From NCBI RefSeq assembly GCF_963676685.1, contig NC_092346.1, positions 88,660,001 through 88,724,000 on the forward strand: a stretch of 64,000 nucleotides of DNA, read 5' to 3'. The notes below the pieces were generated by a model. It saw nothing but the letters and a program-made list of their open reading frames with translations. It was not told where the DNA came from and searched no databases. Position 1 is the stretch's first letter, and each line of letters opens with the position of its first letter. The translations under genes were made by a program, and so were the position numbers. This DNA is from Mytilus edulis (lineage: Eukaryota). Shown one piece after another: positions 48,593 through 61,727 of the stretch.

Positions 48593-51500
48593 ATGGTAAA
48601 TATTGTTAGCATAAATGCTAATGGTCTCAGAGATGTAACAAAGTTTCAGAATTTTACAAAATATTGTACAGAAAATTATTTTGATATTGTTGGTATACAA
48701 GAAACCTTTTGGGATGATGGTATTATTCCAAATATTGAAAAATTTTGGGAAGGAAAAATATATTTTTGTAATGGTGTAAACCTGAGACAAGGTGTTGCTT
48801 TTTTAGTAAGCAAAAGAGTACAAAATCAAGTGTCGGAAGTACAAAGTTTTGACGGTAGATGTATCCATATTTCCTTTAAACAGGATGATAAAACTATTGA
48901 TATAATTAATTGCTATGTTCCAAACATAATGCAAGAAAAAATTACGTTTTTTGAGAGACTTACTTCTAAAATGCCGAATTCGGAAAATATTATTTTACTA
49001 GGTGATATGAATACATCTCTGTCAAATCTTGATCGTTGTGGTAAAACAGAACACACACAAGATAAAGCATACAAAAAACTCACAAACATTTGTGACATGT
49101 CTAACTTGTATGATGTATGGCGAGCGAGAAATCAAAATGCACGAACCTTCTCTTGGCGTCGTATCGTTCAAAATGTCCTAATACAAAGTAGAATTGACCA
49201 CATTTTCATTCCGAAAGCATATTCACAATTCGTCAAAAACGTGTATTATAAACATAATACATTCAGTGACCACTCTTTTGTTAATCTAAATATAGATTTT
49301 ACTGAAATTGAGAGAGGCCCAGGGTTATGGATATTTAATAATTTGTTATTACACGACGAGGATTATGTTCAAAAAATTTCACGACTAATTGAAAAAGAAA
49401 AAAGCTGTAGACTTTTTGATGATGAGCCGCTTATTTGGTATGATAATTTAAAATTTAAAATTAAACAATTATCAAAATCATATGCGCAAAATAAATCGCG
49501 TATTGAAAAGTCAGAATATTTTAAGCTTCAAAATGAATATGAAAAACTATCGTCTATGGCGGTAAATAATGTAAATTTTGATGTAAATAAGTTCGAAGAA
49601 ATGAAACTAAAACTTAAAACATATGAAGATAAAATTTGTAAAGGTGCAATATTGCGCTCAAAGGCTCAATGGGCTATAGACGGTGATAAAAGTTCTAAAT
49701 ATTTTTTGCAACTTGAAAAATATAAACAAAATAGTAACGCTGTAAAAGAATTAAAAACGACAGAGGGCAAAATTTTAAAAACTACAGATGAAATTTTAGA
49801 AGAAGTACATAAATTTTATAAAGAGTTATACTCTAGTACAGTAATAGATAAAGATAAAGCAAAAGAAATTTTGGAATTTATTTCTGAAAAAGTTTCTGAT
49901 GAAGACAGTGAAAATTTAGAAACCGATTTAACTCTGCATGAAATTAAATCGTCATTATTTGGCATGTCAAAAAATAAATCACCAGGTCCTGATGGACTAA
50001 CAGTTGAGTTCTTTTGTAAATTTTTTCATTTGTTTGGTGAGATTTTTCTTAAAATTTTTAAAGTTATAGAAGAAGAACATATATTAACAAGATCCATGCG
50101 GCATGGTATAATAAACTTAGTTTATAAAAACAAAGGGGATAAAAATTCTTTAAAAAATTTTAGACCGATATCTTTGCTTTGTGTAGACTACAAAATAATT
50201 GCTAGAATAATGTCTAATAGATTAAAATTTGTTCTGCCGAAACTAGTGTCTAGTTTTCAAACATGTTGCATATTAGGCCGTGACATTGCAGACACTACAT
50301 CAAGTATAAGAGATTTAATTGAAATAATTGAAAATGATGATTTAGAAGCCTATCTTATAAAAGTTGATCAGGAAAAAGCTTTTGATAAGGTTGACCATGA
50401 CTATCTGTTTCTAGTTTTAGAAAAATTTGGTTTTGGCCCTAAATTTATGCAGTGGATTAAAATATTCTATAATAATGTAAACAGCAGTGTAAAATGTAAT
50501 GGTTTCCTTACAAAGTATGTTAAACTTAATAATTCAATAAAACAAGGGTGTCCAGTTTCTGCTCTCCTCTATGTATTGGTGGCAGAACCATTAGGTCAAG
50601 CTATAATTAAAAATAAAAATATCCAGAGTGTAAATATCCCAAAGTCAACTGTAAATGCTAAAATATTTCAACACGCAGATGACACAAATATTTTTACTTC
50701 AAATAAAGAATCTGTAAATGAAACTTTCAAAGTTCTAAATTTGTACAGTGAAGCTTCTGGAGCTAAAATTAACAGACAAAAATCTGAAATTATGTGCTTA
50801 GGTTCTGGCAATATTACTGATTCAGAGTTACATAAACTAAATATACAAAAATGTGAAAATGTAACAAAAGTTTTAGGCATATATGTTGGAAAAGATAAAG
50901 AGTTATGTGAAATTCTAAACTGGAAAGATAAAATAAAAAAGATAAAAACAATTTTATTCTTTTGGAATAAAAGAGATTTAACTTTACCAGGTCGAGCTAC
51001 AGTTTTAACTTCCCTTATAATGTCGAGGTTATATTATACTGTAACTGTATGTCCATTGCCAGAAAAAGTTAAAAATGAAATCCGTCTAATTGTTATAAAG
51101 TTTCTTTGGCAAAATAAATCACATTTAGTAAAATATCAAAGTGTAGTAGGTACAAAACTTGAAGGTGGATTAAATATTCCTGATATTTTTCTAAAAATGC
51201 AAGCCTTTAGACTAAAATTTCTTAAAAAATATTTGGATCCTGAATGTCAATCAATCTGGAAAGGTGCGTTTGATTACTTTATTACTAAAATCGATAATAT
51301 GGATTTAAAACAAGATATTGTGTATACGCATTTAAATTCAAAACAGATTAAACACTTACCACTTTATTATCAAGAAATGATAAACGCATATTATAAAATA
51401 AAAGCCGATTTCAAAATCGATTTTCAAGTGCAACATGTATATAATAATCCGCTGTTTTGTAATCCAAATATAACATGCAACGGTAAAATGCTTCTGTTTG

Positions 51501-52444
51501 AAAAATTCATTCAAACAGGCTTGATACGGATAAAAGACATTTGCTATGAATTTATGCCGGGTTTCTTCACATCAAATTCAATAGATGAAATAATAAAACA
51601 AAAATTTCCTGATGAAAAAACAGAACAAATAAAAACAGCTTTCGAAAAAATCATACGATGTATTCCTGAAGAGTGGAAAGAACTATCAAAATCCGAAAAT
51701 CCTCTGAATGTTGAAAATGCTCCGATTGTTAAAATTTGTTTAGATAATGACAGAGAAATTCATTTTAGAAGTGCTGTGACGAAATTTTTTTACAGCCTTC
51801 TTCTGTCAAATTTTTTTGAAACGCCCTCTGCTGAAAAGCATTGGGAGGAGCAGTATCCGCCTCTCAATTTCAAAAGTCTTTATTTGGTTGTCAATCAGAG
51901 TTGTTTACCTCCTGATTGTCATTGTTTAAATTATAGGATTGTCCATCGAGCTATTTTTACACTTGAAAAGTTGGTCAAAATAGGTCAGGCAGATACAGGC
52001 ACATGCAAAGCATGCGGCCAAGGTATAGAGAATCTTGGTCACCTGTTTGTACATTGTCAAAAGATTCAACCACTTCATGATTACCTGAAAGACACATTAC
52101 ACAACATATTTATTAATTACCCACCTGACATGGTTAATTCCATTGATTATGAACAGTTATTTTTACTTGGGTTATTAAAACGTTCACAAGATATTAATAC
52201 TTATTTTCTAAACTTTTTCCTTAGTGTAGCCCGAGTTTGCATATTCAAAACACGGAATTTAAAAGTTTTTCATGACAAAGAAATAGATGCACTACGTTTT
52301 TTCAAATACACAATAAGAAAATACATTGAATACGCATACACGTATTATAAAATGACACAACAAAGACAATTATTCTACAAATATTTTTTACACAAAAACA
52401 CTTTATTAGATATTCAAAACGACAACATAGTTTTGTTTGTCTAG
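48593..52444 (+). CDS. LINE ORF2, copy 2 (APE-RT-zinc finger)
   Basis: Translation identical to copy 1. Confidence 0.95.
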   Translation: MVNIVSINANGLRDVTKFQNFTKYCTENYFDIVGIQETFWDDGIIPNIEKFWEGKIYFCNGVNLRQGVAFLVSKRVQNQVSEVQSFDGRCIHISFKQDDKTIDIINCYVPNIMQEKITFFERLTSKMPNSENIILLGDMNTSLSNLDRCGKTEHTQDKAYKKLTNICDMSNLYDVWRARNQNARTFSWRRIVQNVLIQSRIDHIFIPKAYSQFVKNVYYKHNTFSDHSFVNLNIDFTEIERGPGLWIFNNLLLHDEDYVQKISRLIEKEKSCRLFDDEPLIWYDNLKFKIKQLSKSYAQNKSRIEKSEYFKLQNEYEKLSSMAVNNVNFDVNKFEEMKLKLKTYEDKICKGAILRSKAQWAIDGDKSSKYFLQLEKYKQNSNAVKELKTTEGKILKTTDEILEEVHKFYKELYSSTVIDKDKAKEILEFISEKVSDEDSENLETDLTLHEIKSSLFGMSKNKSPGPDGLTVEFFCKFFHLFGEIFLKIFKVIEEEHILTRSMRHGIINLVYKNKGDKNSLKNFRPISLLCVDYKIIARIMSNRLKFVLPKLVSSFQTCCILGRDIADTTSSIRDLIEIIENDDLEAYLIKVDQEKAFDKVDHDYLFLVLEKFGFGPKFMQWIKIFYNNVNSSVKCNGFLTKYVKLNNSIKQGCPVSALLYVLVAEPLGQAIIKNKNIQSVNIPKSTVNAKIFQHADDTNIFTSNKESVNETFKVLNLYSEASGAKINRQKSEIMCLGSGNITDSELHKLNIQKCENVTKVLGIYVGKDKELCEILNWKDKIKKIKTILFFWNKRDLTLPGRATVLTSLIMSRLYYTVTVCPLPEKVKNEIRLIVIKFLWQNKSHLVKYQSVVGTKLEGGLNIPDIFLKMQAFRLKFLKKYLDPECQSIWKGAFDYFITKIDNMDLKQDIVYTHLNSKQIKHLPLYYQEMINAYYKIKADFKIDFQVQHVYNNPLFCNPNITCNGKMLLFEKFIQTGLIRIKDICYEFMPGFFTSNSIDEIIKQKFPDEKTEQIKTAFEKIIRCIPEEWKELSKSENPLNVENAPIVKICLDNDREIHFRSAVTKFFYSLLLSNFFETPSAEKHWEEQYPPLNFKSLYLVVNQSCLPPDCHCLNYRIVHRAIFTLEKLVKIGQADTGTCKACGQGIENLGHLFVHCQKIQPLHDYLKDTLHNIFINYPPDMVNSIDYEQLFLLGLLKRSQDINTYFLNFFLSVARVCIFKTRNLKVFHDKEIDALRFFKYTIRKYIEYAYTYYKMTQQRQLFYKYFLHKNTLLDIQNDNIVLFV

Positions 52445-52833
52445 ACAGTTACTTCTATTTGATTGGTTGTTAGAACAATAGATCACATTCCAACGTAAAA
52501 TTATCGATCGCACTTAGGTGTGTTTGACTTTTGAAAATATTTTGGAGTTGTCTCGCTTTCAATATAGAATTTGTCCACCGTCTATTCATACAGACTTTTT
52601 TGAAAAATGAATCGCCATAAAAAAAACAACATATTATGCTGTATATAATTCTTTTAACTTTTAAAACATGTACATCTAGATGTATTTTATTTTTTTACTA
52701 ATGTAGGAGGATAACTACTAACAACTCTGTATATAGCAAAATTCTCACCAACGAGGAATGTCTCAATGGTGACAGTATGTAAATATGTAATAAAAATTTT
52801 ATTAATGATAAAAAAAAAAAAAAAAAAAAAAAA

Positions 52834-53105
52834 GTGATCCAGCTACCTGGAGACCGGAGTCGGTGAACGGTGTGAGGGCAGGAGTCCTGCTTTCAGGTGT
52901 TCTATGTTGAGCGGGCGTCCGCACTAAGATCGGTATCAATATGGGCACACCGAGGGAGCTCAGTGTGACCAGGTTGTCTAAGGAGGGACGTACAGGCCAA
53001 GGGCGGAAACGCAGCAGGCAAAAGTCCCCGTGTCGATCAGTAGTGGGATCGCGCCTGTGAATAGGCATCTGTCAGCAGCCTGTCTAATATAATTGGACTC
53101 GGCTC
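52834..53105 (+). pseudogene. RN7SL: 7SL gene lacking its promoter and nt 1-23 (LINE-disrupted)
   Basis: Begins gtgatccagctacc directly after the poly(A) tail. Confidence 0.92.
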
Positions 53106-54043
53106 TTTTTTTTTGTTCTCTTTTCTTTTGGAGGAGGGGGAGGGGGGGGGGGGGCTCCGAAAATTGTAGTTTTATGTCAAAGAACTCTATAATCACCAGG
53201 AAATGATAGGTCTCTCTCTATGCAAACAATACTATTTGCATCACTTCAATGTCGCTGAACAGGTATAGAGGAATCATTATTTTTCTTTGTCTTTTCTGTA
53301 AATGTCTAATTCAATTCACCTGTCAACTCCGGTCACAAGTCTGGAAATCGTCAGTTCTTGTCTTTGTTTCAAGTTGGGCTTCTTTTTCCTGCACTTGAAA
53401 AAAAAAAAAAAATTGGTGCTGATCACAGATTTATGTATTTTCTGTGAAAGAGGAAGGACCAATGTCTACTGTATTTATTTCACAGCAGGATCATTTTCAA
53501 AAGAAAAAGTCTCTTATTCTTAATGTACCCAAAACAAACAAAACACGTAGTAGAATAGCCTCATGTGCGCATACAATAAACACAATTCCCGATATTTTTT
53601 AGACAAATTTCGAGTATCCACCGTGAAAAAAAAAATCAACATAAAAAAGTCATCCTTAAAATGATGCAAATAACCACATTTAGCTGTGCGACGTCCTTCG
53701 ACGTTAAATTTCACCAAAATTTGTAAAATTGTATTTTTGTCTTTTTTTCTCTCTTATTTTATCAATGTTTTTTCTTTCTTTCTTTCACAGTAATATAGCA
53801 CTCTAATGATAAGGACCGATTGAATTTCTTCAGTCTAATAATTTTAGTACTCGTAACCATATGGACACACTGCCACGTGTACATGTATATTATAAATAGA
53901 TAGCCGTAGTTTCTCACTTTAATTGCATGTTTTAAATAATGTTTTTTTTTTAAATACATACATGTCGTTTATGCAAATATGGTTTATGTATCGGTACCTA
54001 ACATGATCATGTATAAATAGTGAAAATTTCCACATGTTTATCG

Positions 54044-54338
54044 GTTGGGAGTTGTGGCGTGCTCCTGTGATCCAGCTACCTGGAGACCGGAGTCGGTGAA
54101 CGGTGTGAGGGCAGGAGTCCTGCTTTCAGGTGTTCTATGTTGAGCGGGCGTCCGCACTAAGATCGGTATCAATATGGGCACACCGAGGGAGCTCAGTGTG
54201 ACCAGGTTGTCTAAGGAGGGACGTACAGGCCAAGGGCGGAAACGCAGCAGGCAAAAGTCCCCGTGTCGATCAGTAGTGGGATCGCGCCTGTGAATAGGCA
54301 TCTGTCAGCAGCCTGTCTAATATAATTGGACTCGGCTC
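54044..54338 (+). ncRNA. RN7SL: 7SL RNA gene
   Basis: Array copy, U275 variant. Confidence 0.96.
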
Positions 54339-55274
54339 TTTTTTTTTGTTCTCTTTTCTTTTGGAGGAGGGGGAGGGGGGGGGGGCTCCGAAAATTGTAG
54401 TTTTATGTCAAAGAACTCTATAATCACCAGGAAATGATAGGTCTCTCTCTATGCAAACAATACTATTTGCATCACTTCAATGTCGCTGAACAGGTATAGA
54501 GGAATCATTATTTTTCTTTGTCTTTTCTGTAAATGTCTAATTCAATTCACCTGTCAACTCCGGTCACAAGTCTGGAAATCGTCAGTTCTTGTCTTTGTTT
54601 CAAGTTGGGCTTCTTTTTCCTGCACTTGAAAAAAAAAAAAAAATTGGTGCTGATCACAGATTTATGTATTTTCTGTGAAAGAGGAAGGACCAATGTCTAC
54701 TGTATTTATTTCACAGCAGGATCATTTTCAAAAGAAAAAGTCTCTTATTCTTAATGTACCCAAAACAAACAAAACACGTAGTAGAATAGCCTCATGTGCG
54801 CATACAATAAACACAATTCCCGATATTTTTTAGACAAATTTCGAGTATCCACCGTGAAAAAAAAAATCAACATAAAAAAGTCATCCTTAAAATGATGCAA
54901 ATAACCACATTTAGCTGTGCGACGTCCTTCGACGTTAAATTTCACCAAAATTTGTAAAATTGTATTTTTGTCTTTTTTTCTCTCTTATTTTATCAATGTT
55001 TTTTCTTTCTTTCTTTCACAGTAATATAGCACTCTAATGATAAGGACCGATTGAATTTCTTCAGTCTAATAATTTTAGTACTCGTAACCATATGGACACA
55101 CTGCCACGTGTACATGTATATTATAAATAGATAGCCGTAGTTTCTCACTTTAATTGCATGTTTTAAATAATGTTTTTTTTTTAAATACATACATGTCGTT
55201 TATGCAAATATGGTTTATGTATCGGTACCTAACATGATCATGTATAAATAGTGAAAATTTCCACATGTTTATCG

Positions 55275-55569
55275 GTTGGGAGTTGTGGCGTGCTCCTGTG
55301 ATCCAGCTACCTGGAGACCGGAGTCGGTGAACGGTGTGAGGGCAGGAGTCCTGCTTTCAGGTGTTCTATGTTGAGCGGGCGTCCGCACTAAGATCGGTAT
55401 CAATATGGGCACACCGAGGGAGCTCAGTGTGACCAGGTTGTCTAAGGAGGGACGTACAGGCCAAGGGCGGAAACGCAGCAGGCAAAAGTCCCCGTGTCGA
55501 TCAGTAGTGGGATCGCGCCTGTGAATAGGCATCTGTCAGCAGCCTGTCTAATATAATTGGACTCGGCTC
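55275..55569 (+). ncRNA. RN7SL: 7SL RNA gene
   Basis: Array copy. Confidence 0.96.
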
Positions 55570-56507
55570 TTTTTTTTTGTTCTCTTTTCTTTTGGAGGAG
55601 GGGGAGGGGGGGGGGGGGCTCCGAAAATTGTAGTTTTATGTCAAAGAACTCTATAATCACCAGGAAATGATAGGTCTCTCTCTATGCAAACAATACTATT
55701 TGCATCACTTCAATGTCGCTGAACAGGTATAGAGGAATCATTATTTTTCTTTGTCTTTTCTGTAAATGTCTAATTCAATTCACCTGTCAACTCCGGTCAC
55801 AAGTCTGGAAATCGTCAGTTCTTGTCTTTGTTTCAAGTTGGGCTTCTTTTTCCTGCACTTGAAAAAAAAAAAAAAATTGGTGCTGATCACAGATTTATGT
55901 ATTTTCTGTGAAAGAGGAAGGACCAATGTCTACTGTATTTATTTCACAGCAGGATCATTTTCAAAAGAAAAAGTCTCTTATTCTTAATGTACCCAAAACA
56001 AACAAAACACGTAGTAGAATAGCCTCATGTGCGCATACAATAAACACAATTCCCGATATTTTTTAGACAAATTTCGAGTATCCACCGTGAAAAAAAAAAT
56101 CAACATAAAAAAGTCATCCTTAAAATGATGCAAATAACCACATTTAGCTGTGCGACGTCCTTCGACGTTAAATTTCACCAAAATTTGTAAAATTGTATTT
56201 TTGTCTTTTTTTCTCTCTTATTTTATCAATGTTTTTTCTTTCTTTCTTTCACAGTAATATAGCACTCTAATGATAAGGACCGATTGAATTTCTTCAGTCT
56301 AATAATTTTAGTACTCGTAACCATATGGACACACTGCCACGTGTACATGTATATTATAAATAGATAGCCGTAGTTTCTCACTTTAATTGCATGTTTTAAA
56401 TAATGTTTTTTTTTTAAATACATACATGTCGTTTATGCAAATATGGTTTATGTATCGGTACCTAACATGATCATGTATAAATAGTGAAAATTTCCACATG
56501 TTTATCG

Positions 56508-56802
56508 GTTGGGAGTTGTGGCGTGCTCCTGTGATCCAGCTACCTGGAGACCGGAGTCGGTGAACGGTGTGAGGGCAGGAGTCCTGCTTTCAGGTGTTCT
56601 ATGTTGAGCGGGCGTCCGCACTAAGATCGGTATCAATATGGGCACACCGAGGGAGCTCAGTGTGACCAGGTTGTCTAAGGAGGGACGTACAGGCCAAGGG
56701 CGGAAACGCAGCAGGCAAAAGTCCCCGTGTCGATCAGTAGTGGGATCGCGCCTGTGAATAGGCATCTGTCAGCAGCCTGTCTAATATAATTGGACTCGGC
56801 TC
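56508..56802 (+). ncRNA. RN7SL: 7SL RNA gene
   Basis: Array copy. Confidence 0.96.
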
Positions 56803-57738
56803 TTTTTTTTTGTTCTCTTTTCTTTTGGAGGAGGGGGAGGGGGGGGGGGGCTCCGAAAATTGTAGTTTTATGTCAAAGAACTCTATAATCACCAGGAAAT
56901 GATAGGTCTCTCTCTATGCAAACAATACTATTTGCATCACTTCAATGTCGCTGAACAGGTATAGAGGAATCATTATTTTTCTTTGTCTTTTCTGTAAATG
57001 TCTAATTCAATTCACCTGTCAACTCCGGTCACAAGTCTGGAAATCGTCAGTTCTTGTCTTTGTTTCAAGTTGGGCTTCTTTTTCCTGCACTTGAAAAAAA
57101 AAAAAAATTGGTGCTGATCACAGATTTATGTATTTTCTGTGAAAGAGGAAGGACCAATGTCTACTGTATTTATTTCACAGCAGGATCATTTTCAAAAGAA
57201 AAAGTCTCTTATTCTTAATGTACCCAAAACAAACAAAACACGTAGTAGAATAGCCTCATGTGCGCATACAATAAACACAATTCCCGATATTTTTTAGACA
57301 AATTTCGAGTATCCACCGTGAAAAAAAAAATCAACATAAAAAAGTCATCCTTAAAATGATGCAAATAACCACATTTAGCTGTGCGACGTCCTTCGACGTT
57401 AAATTTCACCAAAATTTGTAAAATTGTATTTTTGTCTTTTTTTCTCTCTTATTTTATCAATGTTTTTTCTTTCTTTCTTTCACAGTAATATAGCACTCTA
57501 ATGATAAGGACCGATTGAATTTCTTCAGTCTAATAATTTTAGTACTCGTAACCATATGGACACACTGCCACGTGTACATGTATATTATAAATAGATAGCC
57601 GTAGTTTCTCACTTTAATTGCATGTTTTAAATAATGTTTTTTTTTTAAATACATACATGTCGTTTATGCAAATATGGTTTATGTATCGGTACCTAACATG
57701 ATCATGTATAAATAGTGAAAATTTCCACATGTTTATCG

Positions 57739-58033
57739 GTTGGGAGTTGTGGCGTGCTCCTGTGATCCAGCTACCTGGAGACCGGAGTCGGTGAACGGTG
57801 TGAGGGCAGGAGTCCTGCTTTCAGGTGTTCTATGTTGAGCGGGCGTCCGCACTAAGATCGGTATCAATATGGGCACACCGAGGGAGCTCAGTGTGACCAG
57901 GTTGTCTAAGGAGGGACGTACAGGCCAAGGGCGGAAACGCAGCAGGCAAAAGTCCCCGTGTCGATCAGTAGTGGGATCGCGCCTGTGAATAGGCATCTGT
58001 CAGCAGCCTGTCTAATATAATTGGACTCGGCTC
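57739..58033 (+). ncRNA. RN7SL: 7SL RNA gene
   Basis: Array copy. Confidence 0.96.
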
Positions 58034-58969
58034 TTTTTTTTTGTTCTCTTTTCTTTTGGAGGAGGGGGAGGGGGGGGGGGGCTCCGAAAATTGTAGTTTT
58101 ATGTCAAAGAACTCTATAATCACCAGGAAATGATAGGTCTCTCTCTATGCAAACAATACTATTTGCATCACTTCAATGTCGCTGAACAGGTATAGAGGAA
58201 TCATTATTTTTCTTTGTCTTTTCTGTAAATGTCTAATTCAATTCACCTGTCAACTCCGGTCACAAGTCTGGAAATCGTCAGTTCTTGTCTTTGTTTCAAG
58301 TTGGGCTTCTTTTTCCTGCACTTGAAAAAAAAAAAAAATTGGTGCTGATCACAGATTTATGTATTTTCTGTGAAAGAGGAAGGACCAATGTCTACTGTAT
58401 TTATTTCACAGCAGGATCATTTTCAAAAGAAAAAGTCTCTTATTCTTAATGTACCCAAAACAAACAAAACACGTAGTAGAATAGCCTCATGTGCGCATAC
58501 AATAAACACAATTCCCGATATTTTTTAGACAAATTTCGAGTATCCACCGTGAAAAAAAAAATCAACATAAAAAAGTCATCCTTAAAATGATGCAAATAAC
58601 CACATTTAGCTGTGCGACGTCCTTCGACGTTAAATTTCACCAAAATTTGTAAAATTGTATTTTTGTCTTTTTTTCTCTCTTATTTTATCAATGTTTTTTC
58701 TTTCTTTCTTTCACAGTAATATAGCACTCTAATGATAAGGACCGATTGAATTTCTTCAGTCTAATAATTTTAGTACTCGTAACCATATGGACACACTGCC
58801 ACGTGTACATGTATATTATAAATAGATAGCCGTAGTTTCTCACTTTAATTGCATGTTTTAAATAATGTTTTTTTTTTAAATACATACATGTCGTTTATGC
58901 AAATATGGTTTATGTATCGGTACCTAACATGATCATGTATAAATAGTGAAAATTTCCACATGTTTATCG

Positions 58970-59264
58970 GTTGGGAGTTGTGGCGTGCTCCTGTGATCCA
59001 GCTACCTGGAGACCGGAGTCGGTGAACGGTGTGAGGGCAGGAGTCCTGCTTTCAGGTGTTCTATGTTGAGCGGGCGTCCGCACTAAGATCGGTATCAATA
59101 TGGGCACACCGAGGGAGCTCAGTGTGACCAGGTTGTCTAAGGAGGGACGTACAGGCCAAGGGCGGAAACGCAGCAGGCAAAAGTCCCCGTGTCGATCAGT
59201 AGTGGGATCGCGCCTGTGAATAGGCATCTGTCAGCAGCCTGTCTAATATAATTGGACTCGGCTC
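58970..59264 (+). ncRNA. RN7SL: 7SL RNA gene
   Basis: Array copy. Confidence 0.96.
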
Positions 59265-60199
59265 TTTTTTTTTGTTCTCTTTTCTTTTGGAGGAGGGGGA
59301 GGGGGGGGGGGCTCCGAAAATTGTAGTTTTATGTCAAAGAACTCTATAATCACCAGGAAATGATAGGTCTCTCTCTATGCAAACAATACTATTTGCATCA
59401 CTTCAATGTCGCTGAACAGGTATAGAGGAATCATTATTTTTCTTTGTCTTTTCTGTAAATGTCTAATTCAATTCACCTGTCAACTCCGGTCACAAGTCTG
59501 GAAATCGTCAGTTCTTGTCTTTGTTTCAAGTTGGGCTTCTTTTTCCTGCACTTGAAAAAAAAAAAAAATTGGTGCTGATCACAGATTTATGTATTTTCTG
59601 TGAAAGAGGAAGGACCAATGTCTACTGTATTTATTTCACAGCAGGATCATTTTCAAAAGAAAAAGTCTCTTATTCTTAATGTACCCAAAACAAACAAAAC
59701 ACGTAGTAGAATAGCCTCATGTGCGCATACAATAAACACAATTCCCGATATTTTTTAGACAAATTTCGAGTATCCACCGTGAAAAAAAAAATCAACATAA
59801 AAAAGTCATCCTTAAAATGATGCAAATAACCACATTTAGCTGTGCGACGTCCTTCGACGTTAAATTTCACCAAAATTTGTAAAATTGTATTTTTGTCTTT
59901 TTTTCTCTCTTATTTTATCAATGTTTTTTCTTTCTTTCTTTCACAGTAATATAGCACTCTAATGATAAGGACCGATTGAATTTCTTCAGTCTAATAATTT
60001 TAGTACTCGTAACCATATGGACACACTGCCACGTGTACATGTATATTATAAATAGATAGCCGTAGTTTCTCACTTTAATTGCATGTTTTAAATAATGTTT
60101 TTTTTTTAAATACATACATGTCGTTTATGCAAATATGGTTTATGTATCGGTACCTAACATGATCATGTATAAATAGTGAAAATTTCCACATGTTTATCG

Positions 60200-60494
60200 G
60201 TTGGGAGTTGTGGCGTGCTCCTGTGATCCAGCTACCTGGAGACCGGAGTCGGTGAACGGTGTGAGGGCAGGAGTCCTGCTTTCAGGTGTTCTATGTTGAG
60301 CGGGCGTCCGCACTAAGATCGGTATCAATATGGGCACACCGAGGGAGCTCAGTGTGACCAGGTTGTCTAAGGAGGGACGTACAGGCCAAGGGCGGAAACG
60401 CAGCAGGCAAAAGTCCCCGTGTCGATCAGTAGTGGGATCGCGCCTGTGAATAGGCATCTGTCAGCAGCCTGTCTAATATAATTGGACTCGGCTC
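60200..60494 (+). ncRNA. RN7SL: 7SL RNA gene
   Basis: Array copy. Confidence 0.96.
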
Positions 60495-61432
60495 TTTTTT
60501 TTTGTTCTCTTTTCTTTTGGAGGAGGGGGAGGGGGGGGGGGGGCTCCGAAAATTGTAGTTTTATGTCAAAGAACTCTATAATCACCAGGAAATGATAGGT
60601 CTCTCTCTATGCAAACAATACTATTTGCATCACTTCAATGTCGCTGAACAGGTATAGAGGAATCATTATTTTTCTTTGTCTTTTCTGTAAATGTCTAATT
60701 CAATTCACCTGTCAACTCCGGTCACAAGTCTGGAAATCGTCAGTTCTTGTCTTTGTTTCAAGTTGGGCTTCTTTTTCCTGCACTTGAAAAAAAAAAAAAA
60801 ATTGGTGCTGATCACAGATTTATGTATTTTCTGTGAAAGAGGAAGGACCAATGTCTACTGTATTTATTTCACAGCAGGATCATTTTCAAAAGAAAAAGTC
60901 TCTTATTCTTAATGTACCCAAAACAAACAAAACACGTAGTAGAATAGCCTCATGTGCGCATACAATAAACACAATTCCCGATATTTTTTAGACAAATTTC
61001 GAGTATCCACCGTGAAAAAAAAAATCAACATAAAAAAGTCATCCTTAAAATGATGCAAATAACCACATTTAGCTGTGCGACGTCCTTCGACGTTAAATTT
61101 CACCAAAATTTGTAAAATTGTATTTTTGTCTTTTTTTCTCTCTTATTTTATCAATGTTTTTTCTTTCTTTCTTTCACAGTAATATAGCACTCTAATGATA
61201 AGGACCGATTGAATTTCTTCAGTCTAATAATTTTAGTACTCGTAACCATATGGACACACTGCCACGTGTACATGTATATTATAAATAGATAGCCGTAGTT
61301 TCTCACTTTAATTGCATGTTTTAAATAATGTTTTTTTTTTAAATACATACATGTCGTTTATGCAAATATGGTTTATGTATCGGTACCTAACATGATCATG
61401 TATAAATAGTGAAAATTTCCACATGTTTATCG

Positions 61433-61727
61433 GTTGGGAGTTGTGGCGTGCTCCTGTGATCCAGCTACCTGGAGACCGGAGTCGGTGAACGGTGTGAGGG
61501 CAGGAGTCCTGCTTTCAGGTGTTCTATGTTGAGCGGGCGTCCGCACTAAGATCGGTATCAATATGGGCACACCGAGGGAGCTCAGTGTGACCAGGTTGTC
61601 TAAGGAGGGACGTACAGGCCAAGGGCGGAAACGCAGCAGGCAAAAGTCCCCGTGTCGATCAGTAGTGGGATCGCGCCTGTGAATAGGCATCTGTCAGCAG
61701 CCTGTCTAATATAATTGGACTCGGCTC
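61433..61727 (+). ncRNA. RN7SL: 7SL RNA gene
   Basis: Array copy. Confidence 0.96.

Larger units (their letters stand above)
46405..52833 (+). mobile_element. Full-length Tx1-type LINE in a 7SL gene, copy 2 (apparently identical to copy 1, offset 7561 bp)
   Basis: Same junctions, A24 tail, MITE, frameshift and ORF translations. Confidence 0.95.

Noticed and set aside
46405-52833. Second LINE copy as independent proof of target specificity
   Set aside because: The identical deletion, tail length, MITE and frameshift indicate duplication of a single insertion.
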